Below are positions 48,582-58,089 of a stretch of 59,077 nucleotides of DNA, one piece after another. A program made the position numbers and the translations under genes. Location of the stretch: the NCBI GenBank assembly GCA_023379265.1, contig JAMCUI010000020.1, forward strand, positions 1 through 59,077. Direction: 5' to 3'. The notes under the pieces were generated by a model that saw nothing but the letters and a program-made list of their open reading frames with translations, had not been told where the DNA came from and did not search any database. Position 1 is the first letter of the stretch. Each line of letters starts with the position of its first letter. Origin of the DNA: Patescibacteria group bacterium (GTDB taxonomy: Bacteria > Patescibacteriota > Microgenomatia > 2-02-FULL-39-11).

Positions 48582-50354
48582 ATGAGTAAAAATCAAAACG
48601 ACTATCTGAATAATCTCAGGCATACAGCTGCTCATCTTTTGGCAAAATCAGTAAAGGAGCTCTATCCTGGGGCTAAAAATGCCATCGGACCAGCGATTGA
48701 ACACGGATTTTACCAGGATTTCGATATGGGGAAATATAAAATATCAGATGAGGATTTACCAAAGATTGAGCAAAGAATGAGAGAGAATCTCCCGTCCTGG
48801 ACACATTTTGTCTTTAATGAAATCACTCTTTCTGAAGCCAGAAAATTATTTAAGGACAATCCTTATAAAGTAGAAATGGCCGAAGAATTCGCAAAAGGCG
48901 GTAAAAAACTTTTGACAAATGATCCCGGTAATTTTTTGGACTTATGTAAAATGGGCCACGTGGAAAATCCGTCTAAAGAACTCAATCATTTTAGACTTCT
49001 TAAAGTTGCTGGTGCATATTGGCGCGGAAATGAAAAAAATAAGATGCTAACAAGAATTTACGGAACGGCTTTCCCAACTAAGGAAGCACTCGATAAATAT
49101 GTCTGGCAACAAGAGGAAGCTTTGAAACGCGACCACAAAAAAATCGGTCATGAGCAGGAACTTTTTATAATTTCTGATGAAGTGGGGCCAGGTCTTCCTA
49201 TATTTTTGCCGCAAGGAGCAATTTTAAGACATATTATTGAAGAGTATATCAGAAGGGAAAAAGAGAAACGCAATTATCAGTTTGTCTGGACTCCCCATAT
49301 CGCAAGAAGCAAGCTATATATGAAATCAGGACATTGGAAAAAGTATGACGCCATGTTTAACCCTATGAAACTTGATGATGAGGAATATGTGCCAAAAGCC
49401 ATGAACTGTCCGCATCATTTTCAGGTCTATCTTTCCAAACCGAGAAGTTATAGAGACCTCCCGCTTCGAGTTGCGGAGAATGGAACTGTCTACAGATATG
49501 AAAAAAGCGGTGTGTTAAACGGCCTTTTCCGAGTCCGCTGTTTGACAATCGATGATACGCACACATTTGTACGTCACGACCAAATCGGAGAAGAATATGA
49601 AAATGTCCTTGTGCTTATTAAAGATATAATGTCTGATTTCGGCTTTAATAAATATAAAATGAGAGTCTCCCTCCGCGACGAAAAGCACAAAGGAAAATAT
49701 ATGGGTAATGAAAAACTTTGGAATAAAGCCGAGGACGCCATAAAAACAGTGGCCGAAAATAGCGGTATTGAGTGGTACGAAGGTCCAGGAGAAGCGGCTT
49801 TCTACGGTCCCAAGCTTGATCTGATGTTTGAGGATGCGTTGGGAAGAGAGTGGCAATGTGCCACTGCACAACTGGATTTTGTCCAACCGGAAAATTTTGA
49901 TATGCATTATACTGATGAAAATGGAAAACTTGTCCGGCCGGCGATACTGCATATAGCAATTCTAGGATCTGTGGAAAGATTTATGGGGATCATTATTGAA
50001 CAATTCGGCGGAAAATTCCCCGTCTGGCTTGCCCCTACCCAGCTGAAAATCATCCCAATTGCCGACAGGCACAAGGAATTTGCTGCAAAAATATATAAAA
50101 TTACGTCTCAAAATAGTATCAGGACAGAACTTGACGACAGAAATGAGACAATGCAGGCAAAGATACGCGATGCAACTTTACAAAAGGTACCTTATATGGG
50201 TATAATAGGGGATAAGGAAATGGAAAAATCCGGAATTGATAAGCCGGAAGGTATGTTTTTATCAGTAAGATCAAGAGACGGTAAAAATTTAGGCCAGATT
50301 GACGTGGCCCAACTAATAAATAAACTTAAAGTTGAGATTGAAAAGAAAATTTAA
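48582..50354 (+). CDS. thrS: Threonyl-tRNA synthetase (no N-terminal TGS domain)
   Basis: RHTAAH, AGAYWRG, RDHKKIG, AMNCPHH, YRYEKSG, FYGPK, GSVERF. Confidence 0.97.
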   Translation: MSKNQNDYLNNLRHTAAHLLAKSVKELYPGAKNAIGPAIEHGFYQDFDMGKYKISDEDLPKIEQRMRENLPSWTHFVFNEITLSEARKLFKDNPYKVEMAEEFAKGGKKLLTNDPGNFLDLCKMGHVENPSKELNHFRLLKVAGAYWRGNEKNKMLTRIYGTAFPTKEALDKYVWQQEEALKRDHKKIGHEQELFIISDEVGPGLPIFLPQGAILRHIIEEYIRREKEKRNYQFVWTPHIARSKLYMKSGHWKKYDAMFNPMKLDDEEYVPKAMNCPHHFQVYLSKPRSYRDLPLRVAENGTVYRYEKSGVLNGLFRVRCLTIDDTHTFVRHDQIGEEYENVLVLIKDIMSDFGFNKYKMRVSLRDEKHKGKYMGNEKLWNKAEDAIKTVAENSGIEWYEGPGEAAFYGPKLDLMFEDALGREWQCATAQLDFVQPENFDMHYTDENGKLVRPAILHIAILGSVERFMGIIIEQFGGKFPVWLAPTQLKIIPIADRHKEFAAKIYKITSQNSIRTELDDRNETMQAKIRDATLQKVPYMGIIGDKEMEKSGIDKPEGMFLSVRSRDGKNLGQIDVAQLINKLKVEIEKKI

Positions 50355-50895
50355 ATATTATCGGTTAAACTATCAGATTACTGCACCCCAGTTGAGACTT
50401 CTTGATGAAACTGGTAAACAGATTGGGATTGTCGATAAGAACGAAGCTTTAAGGCGTGCTCAGGCGGAAGAAAAAGATTTGGTAGAAATAGCGCCAAACT
50501 CCAAACCTCCGGTGGTAAAGCTCATTGATTTCAAGAAGTTTAAGTATTTGGAGGCGAAAAAGGAAAGGGAGTCGAGGAAAAACATAAAACACGTAGGTGT
50601 GAAAGAAATCAGGCTTTCACCTTTTATGGGTGAACATGATTTAAATATCCGCTTGGAACAGGCACAAGGATTCCTAAAAGACGGAAACCAGCTTAAAATT
50701 TCATTACCCTTTAAGGGACGTGAGATTGCACATCAGGAATTCGGCAGGGAAATAATGGGGAAAGCGATACAACATTTGCAGGAAATATCAAAAGTGGTAA
50801 AAAGTCCATACATGGAGGGAAGGGTACTAGTAGCTATCCTGACACCGGCAAAAGCGGTAGGCGGGAATGATAAAAAAGAGAAGAGCACTGATTGA
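50332..50895 (+). CDS. infC: Translation initiation factor IF-3 (non-ATG start)
   Basis: N..I.A..LRL...G...G, DLVEIAPNSKPPV, KEIRL, FKGRE; thrS-infC-rpmI-rplT synteny. Confidence 0.93.
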   Translation: MRLKRKFKYYRLNYQITAPQLRLLDETGKQIGIVDKNEALRRAQAEEKDLVEIAPNSKPPVVKLIDFKKFKYLEAKKERESRKNIKHVGVKEIRLSPFMGEHDLNIRLEQAQGFLKDGNQLKISLPFKGREIAHQEFGREIMGKAIQHLQEISKVVKSPYMEGRVLVAILTPAKAVGGNDKKEKSTD

Positions 50896-50930
50896 TAAAG
50901 TTATTAAACGTAAATTCATAGTGAACAAAA

Positions 50931-51125
50931 ATGCCAAAACTCAAAACTAAAAAAACAATTGCGAAAAGATTTAAGATTACGTCTACCGGGAAGGTAATAA
51001 GAGGTCATTTGGCTGCTCGCCACCGTATGTTTCATAAGGACACTAGAAGAAGACGCCGGTTCTCAGAACCGATTGTAGTCGGAGAAAAAATGGCGAAAGC
51101 TATCAAATCAGTTGTTCAAAATTAA
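50931..51125 (+). CDS. rpmI: 50S ribosomal protein L35
   Basis: MPKLKTKKTIAKRFKITSTGKV; synteny. Confidence 0.92.
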   Translation: MPKLKTKKTIAKRFKITSTGKVIRGHLAARHRMFHKDTRRRRRFSEPIVVGEKMAKAIKSVVQN

Positions 51126-51137
51126 GTAAGTAAATAT

Positions 51138-51485
51138 ATGAGAATAAAAAGAGGAATTGTCAGCCATAGGAAACATAAGAAACTTTTAGAATCCACATCA
51201 GGGTACAGGATGACCAAAAGGAGGCTGGTAAAAGTTGCCAAGGAAGCCTCCCTTCATGCAGGCCAATATGCCTATGCCGGCAGAAGGTTGAAAAAATCAG
51301 ACTTTCGGAAGCTTTGGATCACAAGAATATCTTCAGCTGTCAAGGAACAAGGAATATCATATAGCTCTTTCATCAATAAATTGAAGAAAGCCAATATTCA
51401 ACTTGACCGTAAAATACTAAGTGATATTCTCTTAAACGACGGTAAAACTTTCAAAGCAATAGTTGACAAAGCAAAATCAGTTTGA
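51138..51485 (+). CDS. rplT: 50S ribosomal protein L20
   Basis: MRIKRG, YAYAGRR.KK.DFR.LWI.RI, LDRKILS. Confidence 0.95.
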   Translation: MRIKRGIVSHRKHKKLLESTSGYRMTKRRLVKVAKEASLHAGQYAYAGRRLKKSDFRKLWITRISSAVKEQGISYSSFINKLKKANIQLDRKILSDILLNDGKTFKAIVDKAKSV

Positions 51486-51491
51486 TATATT
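51463..51491 (+). promoter_or_regulatory. sigma70 promoter of the aromatic operon leader, overlapping the rplT 3' end
   Basis: TTGACA-N17-TATATT with extended -10 TG. Confidence 0.6.
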
Positions 51492-51504
51492 CCGATATAA
51501 CAAC

Positions 51505-51558
51505 ATGAATTCACTCACACCAACCTGGTCAAAGTATTACTTTTACTTTACCTCCTAA
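51505..51558 (+). CDS. Attenuator leader peptide MNSLTPTWSKYYFYFTS
   Basis: 17 codons, six aromatic (W, Y, Y, F, Y, F), directly upstream of the aro/phe/tyr operon; alternative pairings and a terminator follow. Confidence 0.85.
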   Translation: MNSLTPTWSKYYFYFTS

Positions 51559-51613
51559 AAAGGGGGTTGGTGTTTGTGTGAAATAAACGAAGTTTAATAA
51601 AATTTATATAACC

Positions 51614-51638
51614 AACCTCCTTAAAAAGGAGGTTTTTT
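51614..51638 (+). terminator. Attenuator terminator hairpin
   Basis: aacctcctt-aa-aaggaggtt region followed by a T-run; the left arm also pairs with gggggttgg (51562-51570). Confidence 0.8.
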
Positions 51639-51645
51639 GTGTTTT

Positions 51646-52659
51646 ATGATCATTTTCTTAAAACCGCATCTCACACTCGACAAGGAAAAAGAATTCAGGA
51701 AGTTCCTTGTTGATCGCAATGTTAACGTAATTCCTGTAAGGCGCCGTGATCAAACTCTTCTGGTGGTAGCCGGACGATTTGGCGAATTGGCCAAAAGAGA
51801 GGTAGAAAATCACCACTACGTCGAAAAAATTCTTGAAACTGACAAACCATATAAACTTGCTGGAATGAGTTTCAATAAATCAGGCACCAAGATAAAACTA
51901 CCCAAAGGCACAGTAATCGGAAATAAACATATCGTAATTATGGCAGGACCGTGCTCGGTCGAAACAAAGGAACAAATCATGACAAGCGCCAAGGAAGTCA
52001 AAGATTCAGGTTCACAGATTTTGCGCGGAGGCGCCTTTAAGCCTCGTACCGGGCCTTATGACTTCCAGGGTCTGGGTAAAATAGGGCTTCATTTTCTGCG
52101 TGAAGCGGCAGACAGGATGAACTTATCAGTGATTACCGAAGTTTTGGATGTGCGCGATATCGAAATGATAGAAAAGTATACCGATATTTTCCAAGTCGGA
52201 ACACGCAATATGCAGAATTATCCGCTTCTTAAAGAATTAGGCCACTCTAGAAAACCGGTACTCCTCAAGCGCGGCATGTGGGCAACCTACAAGGAGCTTC
52301 TTTTGGCAGCTGAATATATTCTTTTGGGTGGAAACGAAAATGTCATACTTTGTGAAAGGGGTATCCGCACTCATGTGCCGGAAACCAGATTCACTCTTGA
52401 CCTGAATGCCGTTGCCTACCTGAAACATGAAACCCATCTGCCTGTAATTGTTGATCCCAGCCACGGTACTGGCCGGGCCAATATGGTTCGCGCAATGAGC
52501 AAGGCTGCAATAGCAGCAGGTGCTGACGGGTTACTGATAGAAGCACACACCAATCCGTTGAAATCTGTATCTGACGCCGACCAGGCTATTTCGATGCAGG
52601 AATTGAAAAAATTAGTTAAAGAGGTGAAAAGAGTGGCTGAGGCTGTAGACAGAAAATAG
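51646..52659 (+). CDS. aroF: DAHP synthase type I-beta with N-terminal regulatory domain
   Basis: AGPCSVE, RGGAFKPRT, GTRNMQN, KPVLLKRG, CERGIRT, VDPSH, EAH...SDA.Q. Confidence 0.93.
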   Translation: MIIFLKPHLTLDKEKEFRKFLVDRNVNVIPVRRRDQTLLVVAGRFGELAKREVENHHYVEKILETDKPYKLAGMSFNKSGTKIKLPKGTVIGNKHIVIMAGPCSVETKEQIMTSAKEVKDSGSQILRGGAFKPRTGPYDFQGLGKIGLHFLREAADRMNLSVITEVLDVRDIEMIEKYTDIFQVGTRNMQNYPLLKELGHSRKPVLLKRGMWATYKELLLAAEYILLGGNENVILCERGIRTHVPETRFTLDLNAVAYLKHETHLPVIVDPSHGTGRANMVRAMSKAAIAAGADGLLIEAHTNPLKSVSDADQAISMQELKKLVKEVKRVAEAVDRK

Positions 52660-52670
52660 ACTAAAAACAT

Positions 52671-53534
52671 ATGTCAAACCCTGACGGCTATAATTATCAA
52701 AAGATTGCATATCTGGGAATTCCCGGATCTTATTCATATGTCGCAGTACATAAATACATGAAAAATAAAAAAAACATGACAGGAGCAAAATCTATAAAGG
52801 AAGTTTTTGGACTAGTAGACTCCGGTAAATGCACAGCCGGAATAGTACCTTTGGAAAATACCACTACCGGAAGTATTTATGAATCATACGACGCTCTTAT
52901 TGATACGGGTCTGAGGATAACAGCGGAGATAATTCTATCTATCCACCACCATGTATTAGGGGTTGATAAAGGAATATCTGAAGATAACTTCAGGAAGGTA
53001 CAAAAGTGTCTGTCCCATCCCCAAGCAATCTCCCAGTGCGGAGATTTTCTGTCTGCTCACCCTTGGATAAAACCCGTCTTTACTACGGACACTGCGTCTG
53101 CCGCCAAAGAGGTGGCGCGGTGCGGAAAATCAGACATTATAGCCATAGCTGGAAAAGAAGCAGCCGATATTTACAACCTTACAATTCTTGGTAAAAATAT
53201 CGAGACTGTTTCACACAACTACACTAGGTTTATAAAAGTGCAGAAAAATATGAACAAGTCAGAAGGGAATAAAATCTCGCTGGCTTTCTCTGTCCGTCAC
53301 GTACCTGGTAGCCTTTCTAAGGTTTTAGACTCATATGCACATGCTGGTCTAAACCTAACCAAGATTGAATCAAGGCCGGTCTTTGGGCGCCCGTGGGAAT
53401 ATATTTTTTTTCTGGAATTTGATATCGGTAACAAGGGTGAATCTGTGGAAAATGTCCTTACCGAAATGAAGGAAAACACAAACTTTCTGACAGTTTTAGG
53501 AAGGTTTCCGAAGGGGAAAATATATGAGACTTAA
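52671..53534 (+). CDS. pheA: Prephenate dehydratase (PDT plus ACT domain)
   Basis: LGIPGSYS, PLENTTTG, SHPQAISQC, NYTRF, NLTKIESRP. Confidence 0.93.
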   Translation: MSNPDGYNYQKIAYLGIPGSYSYVAVHKYMKNKKNMTGAKSIKEVFGLVDSGKCTAGIVPLENTTTGSIYESYDALIDTGLRITAEIILSIHHHVLGVDKGISEDNFRKVQKCLSHPQAISQCGDFLSAHPWIKPVFTTDTASAAKEVARCGKSDIIAIAGKEAADIYNLTILGKNIETVSHNYTRFIKVQKNMNKSEGNKISLAFSVRHVPGSLSKVLDSYAHAGLNLTKIESRPVFGRPWEYIFFLEFDIGNKGESVENVLTEMKENTNFLTVLGRFPKGKIYET

Positions 53535-53787
53535 TAAATTCAGGAAAGAAATAAACAAAATTGACGCCAAGATTCTGAAACTTTTGGCAAGACGTTTTCT
53601 GATTGCCAATAAAATCAAAGATATTAAGAAAAAAGAAAAATTGCCAATTCGGGACCAAAAAAGAGAAGAGGAAATTTTCCTTGAGATAAATATTCTTTCC
53701 AAGCAACTGAATCTCAATCCAGTTTTTACTAAGGAAATGTTTAAGAAAATTATTAAAGAGTCACGTAGACTTCAAAATGAAAAATAA
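53524..53787 (+). CDS. Chorismate mutase, type II (AroQ class)
   Basis: L..FR.EI..ID..IL.LL..R...A..I...K......RD..RE...SR..Q. Confidence 0.88.
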   Translation: MRLNKFRKEINKIDAKILKLLARRFLIANKIKDIKKKEKLPIRDQKREEEIFLEINILSKQLNLNPVFTKEMFKKIIKESRRLQNEK

Positions 53788-54670
53788 TTTCCCCGAGAAA
53801 ATTGCCATAATCGGTGTAGGCCTTATAGGAGGATCCATCTCTTTGGGTCTAAAAAGACAATTAGGCTCTAAAATAACCGTTTACGGTATTTGCAGTTCGC
53901 CCAATAGGACTACGCAGGCACAAAAGTCCGGAATCATTGACCGGAAGATTGACGCAATCCATAAGTTACCCAAAGATATATCGCTTATTATCCTTTCGAC
54001 ACCGATAAACAAAATCGTAGACTTCATAGGAAAAATAAACCTAAGTCTTTTACCAAAAGACTGCCTGATTATCGATACGGGAAGCACGAAGGAAATCATA
54101 TGCAGTAAAGCAAAAAAGCGTTTTGCTGGACTTCAAAGGTTTATAGGAAACCATCCTATGGCGGGAAAGGAACAAAACGGATTTGAAAATGCCGATCCGT
54201 ACCTTTTCCGCAACAAACCATGGATTATTTGTCCGGATGAAAAAAGCCGGAAAGCGGATATTTTATTATGCCGGAAAATAGCACTCCATTTGGGAGCACA
54301 TACACTAATAATGAAACCTGAAACACATGACAGGGTTGCAGCTTTAGTTAGCCACTTGCCTTCTGCGGTAGCAAGTATACTGACAATAAGCATTACAGAC
54401 AATTCAGCCTGGAATAAAGAGACAAAAAATATCGCCTCAACTGGTTTTCGTGATACTTCAAGACTTGCCAGTTTAAGCCCGGAAATCAAATGTGACATAT
54501 TGTTTTCCAACAGAAAAAATGTGGTTAGTTCTCTAGAAAATTTTGGACGCCATATCAATATATTTACAATGCTTCTTAAAATGGGTAAAAGAAAACAACT
54601 GTCAGATTTGTTAGCAAATGCAAAATTAGAAAGGGACAGATGGTTATCTGACTATTTTGAAAAAATATGA
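53777..54670 (+). CDS. tyrA: Prephenate/arogenate dehydrogenase
   Basis: GVGLIGGS, DTGSTK, HPMAGKE, HD...A.VSHLP, GFRDTSRLA. Confidence 0.92.
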   Translation: MKNNFPEKIAIIGVGLIGGSISLGLKRQLGSKITVYGICSSPNRTTQAQKSGIIDRKIDAIHKLPKDISLIILSTPINKIVDFIGKINLSLLPKDCLIIDTGSTKEIICSKAKKRFAGLQRFIGNHPMAGKEQNGFENADPYLFRNKPWIICPDEKSRKADILLCRKIALHLGAHTLIMKPETHDRVAALVSHLPSAVASILTISITDNSAWNKETKNIASTGFRDTSRLASLSPEIKCDILFSNRKNVVSSLENFGRHINIFTMLLKMGKRKQLSDLLANAKLERDRWLSDYFEKI

Positions 54671-55782
54671 AAATATCAAGGAGGTTTTATCAAACCGTCC
54701 ATTCAGTAAAAAATGAAGAAACCACGCTTCTTATGGGCTCTGATATTCTGGGTAATTTGCATCAATTACCTGATATAAACAGTCCCGAATATTCGTCTTT
54801 CCTACTTTTTGCCGATAAAAATGTTTTTGATATTTACGGAAGAAAGTTAGTCTCGTCACTCAAAAAAACAGGGAAAAAAGTGTTTGTCTCTCTTTTCGAT
54901 CACGGCGAAAAGGATAAAAACCTAATATCCGTCACTAAAATGATAAAACCTTTTATATCAGCAGGTATAGACAGGAAGGCATGTCTCATCTCTTTCGGCG
55001 GCGGAGTGGCTTCTGACATTGGCGGGTTTATTGCCTCTATACTTTTGCGTGGGATTTCCTCAATAAATCTTCCCACTTCACTTTTGGCCCAGACCGATGC
55101 TGCAATAGGTGGAAAATCCGGTGTCGATTTATGGCTTCCTGACGGTACTATGGCAAAAAACATGATTGGTAGTTTCCGCCAGCCACGTGAAGTTATTACC
55201 GATATAGACACTCTTTCCACACTACCCCGGAAAGAATTATTAAACGGTTTAGGTGAAATGGCCAAATACGCTATCGGATGGGATATTCCCGCTAAAAATC
55301 AGCTTCAAAAATTGGCAAAAGGAAACTTTACTGATAAATCTTTGTTGATGGAGATAGTATTTAGTTGCCAGAAGTTGAAAGCAGAAATCATCCGAAAAGA
55401 CCCTCTTGATATTTTGGGAGAGCGGGAAAAACTGAATTTCGGTCATACTGTAGGCCATGGCGTAGAAGGCGCCAGCAAAGGTAGATTATCACACGGTGAA
55501 GCTGTATCAATCGGTATTGCGGCAGCTGCAAAAGTCAGTCTTCTTCTTGGGCTTTTAGATAATAAAGACTATCTCTTTTTAATAGACTTCCTGAAAAAAC
55601 TAAATCTTCCCGTGAGGATAAACGGTCTAGTAGAAGGAGATATACTTAAGCTTATTGGTCTTGATAAAAAGGCCGGCAGATTTGTACTTATTAAAAACCC
55701 ATTCAGGAAAAATTGTCTAGTTATTAAAGACTCCGTCGAAAAAAAATTACTAGAAAAAGCACTTGAGTATATTCTAATATAA
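54667..55782 (+). CDS. aroB: 3-dehydroquinate synthase
   Basis: GEKDK, GGGVASD, PTSLLAQTDAAIGGK, KNMIG, LNFGHTVGH, HGEAV. Confidence 0.93.
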   Translation: MKISRRFYQTVHSVKNEETTLLMGSDILGNLHQLPDINSPEYSSFLLFADKNVFDIYGRKLVSSLKKTGKKVFVSLFDHGEKDKNLISVTKMIKPFISAGIDRKACLISFGGGVASDIGGFIASILLRGISSINLPTSLLAQTDAAIGGKSGVDLWLPDGTMAKNMIGSFRQPREVITDIDTLSTLPRKELLNGLGEMAKYAIGWDIPAKNQLQKLAKGNFTDKSLLMEIVFSCQKLKAEIIRKDPLDILGEREKLNFGHTVGHGVEGASKGRLSHGEAVSIGIAAAAKVSLLLGLLDNKDYLFLIDFLKKLNLPVRINGLVEGDILKLIGLDKKAGRFVLIKNPFRKNCLVIKDSVEKKLLEKALEYILI

Positions 55783-55786
55783 CAAT

Positions 55787-56239
55787 ATGAAAATACTTAT
55801 CTTAAACGGACCGAATCTGAACCTGCTTGGAAAACGTGACCCGTCAAAATACGGCAATCAGACACTTGACAAAATAAATAATAAGCTGCGGGCACTAGCC
55901 GCACAAAAGGATGTATCTCTTGTTTTCTTCCAATCCAACTGCGAAGGTGCTTTGATTGATCTCATCCAGAATGATACTACTAGAAATGACATCTCTGGAG
56001 TAATCATAAACCCAGGAGCGCTTGTACGGTATGGCTATTCGCTTCGCCAGGCACTTATAGATTTGGGTAAACCGGTAATGGAAGTCCACATGTCCGACAT
56101 TGATAAAACGGGTATCAGTAAATCCGTAAATGTCCTTGAGGATATCAGGATTGGCCAGGTGAAAGGGATGAAGGAAGACAGCTATTTTGTAGGATTGCAA
56201 AAACTAATTGAGCATATCAGGTTAAAAGGACAAAAGTAA
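55787..56239 (+). CDS. aroQ: Type II 3-dehydroquinate dehydratase (divergent)
   Basis: LNGPNLNLLGKRDPSKYG, QSN.EG, INPG, EVHMS. Confidence 0.85.
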   Translation: MKILILNGPNLNLLGKRDPSKYGNQTLDKINNKLRALAAQKDVSLVFFQSNCEGALIDLIQNDTTRNDISGVIINPGALVRYGYSLRQALIDLGKPVMEVHMSDIDKTGISKSVNVLEDIRIGQVKGMKEDSYFVGLQKLIEHIRLKGQK

Positions 56240-56243
56240 AAAT

Positions 56244-57551
56244 ATGATACTAAAAGTTGAAAAAAGCAATAATCTGCAGGGAGAAATCAGTATGCCGGCG
56301 TCAAAAACCCATTCATTCAGAGCACTTGTTCTTGCATCTCTTGCCAAAGGAACATCAGTAATCAGGAATCCCAAAGTAGGAAATGATTGGGATGAGGCGC
56401 TCAGGACAATGACTATGTACGGTGCAAAAATTGAAAAAGAATCTGATAAAAATATATATCAAGTAAAAGGAGTGGCAGGACAACCTCAGACGCCTGAAAA
56501 TACCATAAATGTCGGCAATTCAGGAACAATGCTTTTTTTTGCAGCAGGAGTAGCAGGAGCATGTCCCGGCTGGTCAGTCATAACGGGAGATGAATCTATA
56601 AGGAAATTACGCAAAATCTCCAAAAATCTTTTTGCTCCATATAAAGAATTAGGTGTAAGCATTATCTCCACAAAGGATGATGGCATGGCGCCTCTTTTAA
56701 TAAAAGGCAGGGTAAACGGCGGGAAAGCACATATGGACGGGGTCGGCTGCCAACCAGTCTTTAGTATTTTAATCGCCTCAGCCCTTTCGCAAGAACCGGT
56801 GGAAATTTTTACCAAAAATCCTGGTGAATGTGCCTACATCGATTTACTTCTTTACTGGTTCGATAAAGTAGGACTGAAATACGAAAATGAGGACAATAAA
56901 CATATGCATTATATTTTCCCTGGAAATGAGTCTCCAAAACCGTTTGACGTAACCATCCCATTTGAATGGTCTTCGCCTCCCTATCCTCTGATTGCGGCTT
57001 TACTTACTCAAAATTCAGAAATCAGTATTAGAGGGATGGATCTAAGTGACCCTTATGGTGATAGGGAAGTGATCTATCTATTGAGGCAAATGGGAGCAGA
57101 TCTGACTATTTCTCCAAATGTTTTAACTGCAAGATCAAGTAACTTGCATGCCATCGAAACGGATATGAATAATCTTCCTGACCAAGTACCCTCAATAGCG
57201 GTAGCAGCTTGTTTTGCCCGGGGAAAAACAGTTATAAAAAATGCAAAAACAGCAAGATGGAAAGAATGCGACAGGATAACTGCCATCTGTAAGGAACTCA
57301 AAAAAATGGGCGCAAAAATTTATGAAAAAGAAGACGGATTAGTCATAAACCAGGATGGCAGTTGGAAATTAAAAGGTACTTCTGTTTCTGGCTACAAGGA
57401 CCACCGCATGGTACTATCCCTTGCTGTTGCCGGCCTGGCAGCTGGTGGAGCACCTACACTCATTAGTGATGCTGAAACTTTAGAAAAATCTTTTGAAACA
57501 TTCATTCCGGAAATGGAAACAGCCGGGGCAAGACTCAGTTTAATAAATTGA
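56244..57551 (+). CDS. aroA: EPSP synthase
   Basis: PASK, GNSGT, DQVP, RWKECDRI, DHRM. Confidence 0.9.
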   Translation: MILKVEKSNNLQGEISMPASKTHSFRALVLASLAKGTSVIRNPKVGNDWDEALRTMTMYGAKIEKESDKNIYQVKGVAGQPQTPENTINVGNSGTMLFFAAGVAGACPGWSVITGDESIRKLRKISKNLFAPYKELGVSIISTKDDGMAPLLIKGRVNGGKAHMDGVGCQPVFSILIASALSQEPVEIFTKNPGECAYIDLLLYWFDKVGLKYENEDNKHMHYIFPGNESPKPFDVTIPFEWSSPPYPLIAALLTQNSEISIRGMDLSDPYGDREVIYLLRQMGADLTISPNVLTARSSNLHAIETDMNNLPDQVPSIAVAACFARGKTVIKNAKTARWKECDRITAICKELKKMGAKIYEKEDGLVINQDGSWKLKGTSVSGYKDHRMVLSLAVAGLAAGGAPTLISDAETLEKSFETFIPEMETAGARLSLIN

Positions 57552-57552
57552 T

Positions 57553-58089
57553 ATGTCAATAGTCCTTATCGGCATGAAGGCCAGTGGAAAAACTACTGTA
57601 GGAAAAATATTGGCCAAGAAGTTAAACATGCGTTTTGTCGACATGGATAATATTATTGAAAAAAAATACAAAATCAAATCAGGACAAAGTTTGTCGTTTA
57701 GGGAAATATTTAAAAAATACGGAGAGAAGTATTTTACTAATTTAGAGAGTGAATGTTTAAGTGAAGTATGCAAAGAAACAAACGGAAATATCATTCTGGC
57801 ATGCGGAGGAAGAACGCCGTTGACAAAAAGAAACCAAAATCTTTTGAAAAAAATTGGCCCAGCGGTTTATCTTGATGTAGATAAAAAGGAATTGCTTTCC
57901 AGGATATTGAAAAATGGATTGCCTGCTTTCCTAAAATATACCAATAATCCCGGAAAATCGCTTGATATGTTACTAAAAGTACGAAATCCTATCTATGAGG
58001 AAATTGCGGATATAAAAATTAGTTGCTCTGACAAAAAGCCGGACAAAATAGCGGGTTTGATAATAAAAAAATATTATGACCAGAATTGA
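57553..58089 (+). CDS. aroK: Shikimate kinase
   Basis: IGMKASGKTTVG P-loop, DMD, GE.YF..LE, ACGG, R.P.Y. Confidence 0.9.
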   Translation: MSIVLIGMKASGKTTVGKILAKKLNMRFVDMDNIIEKKYKIKSGQSLSFREIFKKYGEKYFTNLESECLSEVCKETNGNIILACGGRTPLTKRNQNLLKKIGPAVYLDVDKKELLSRILKNGLPAFLKYTNNPGKSLDMLLKVRNPIYEEIADIKISCSDKKPDKIAGLIIKKYYDQN

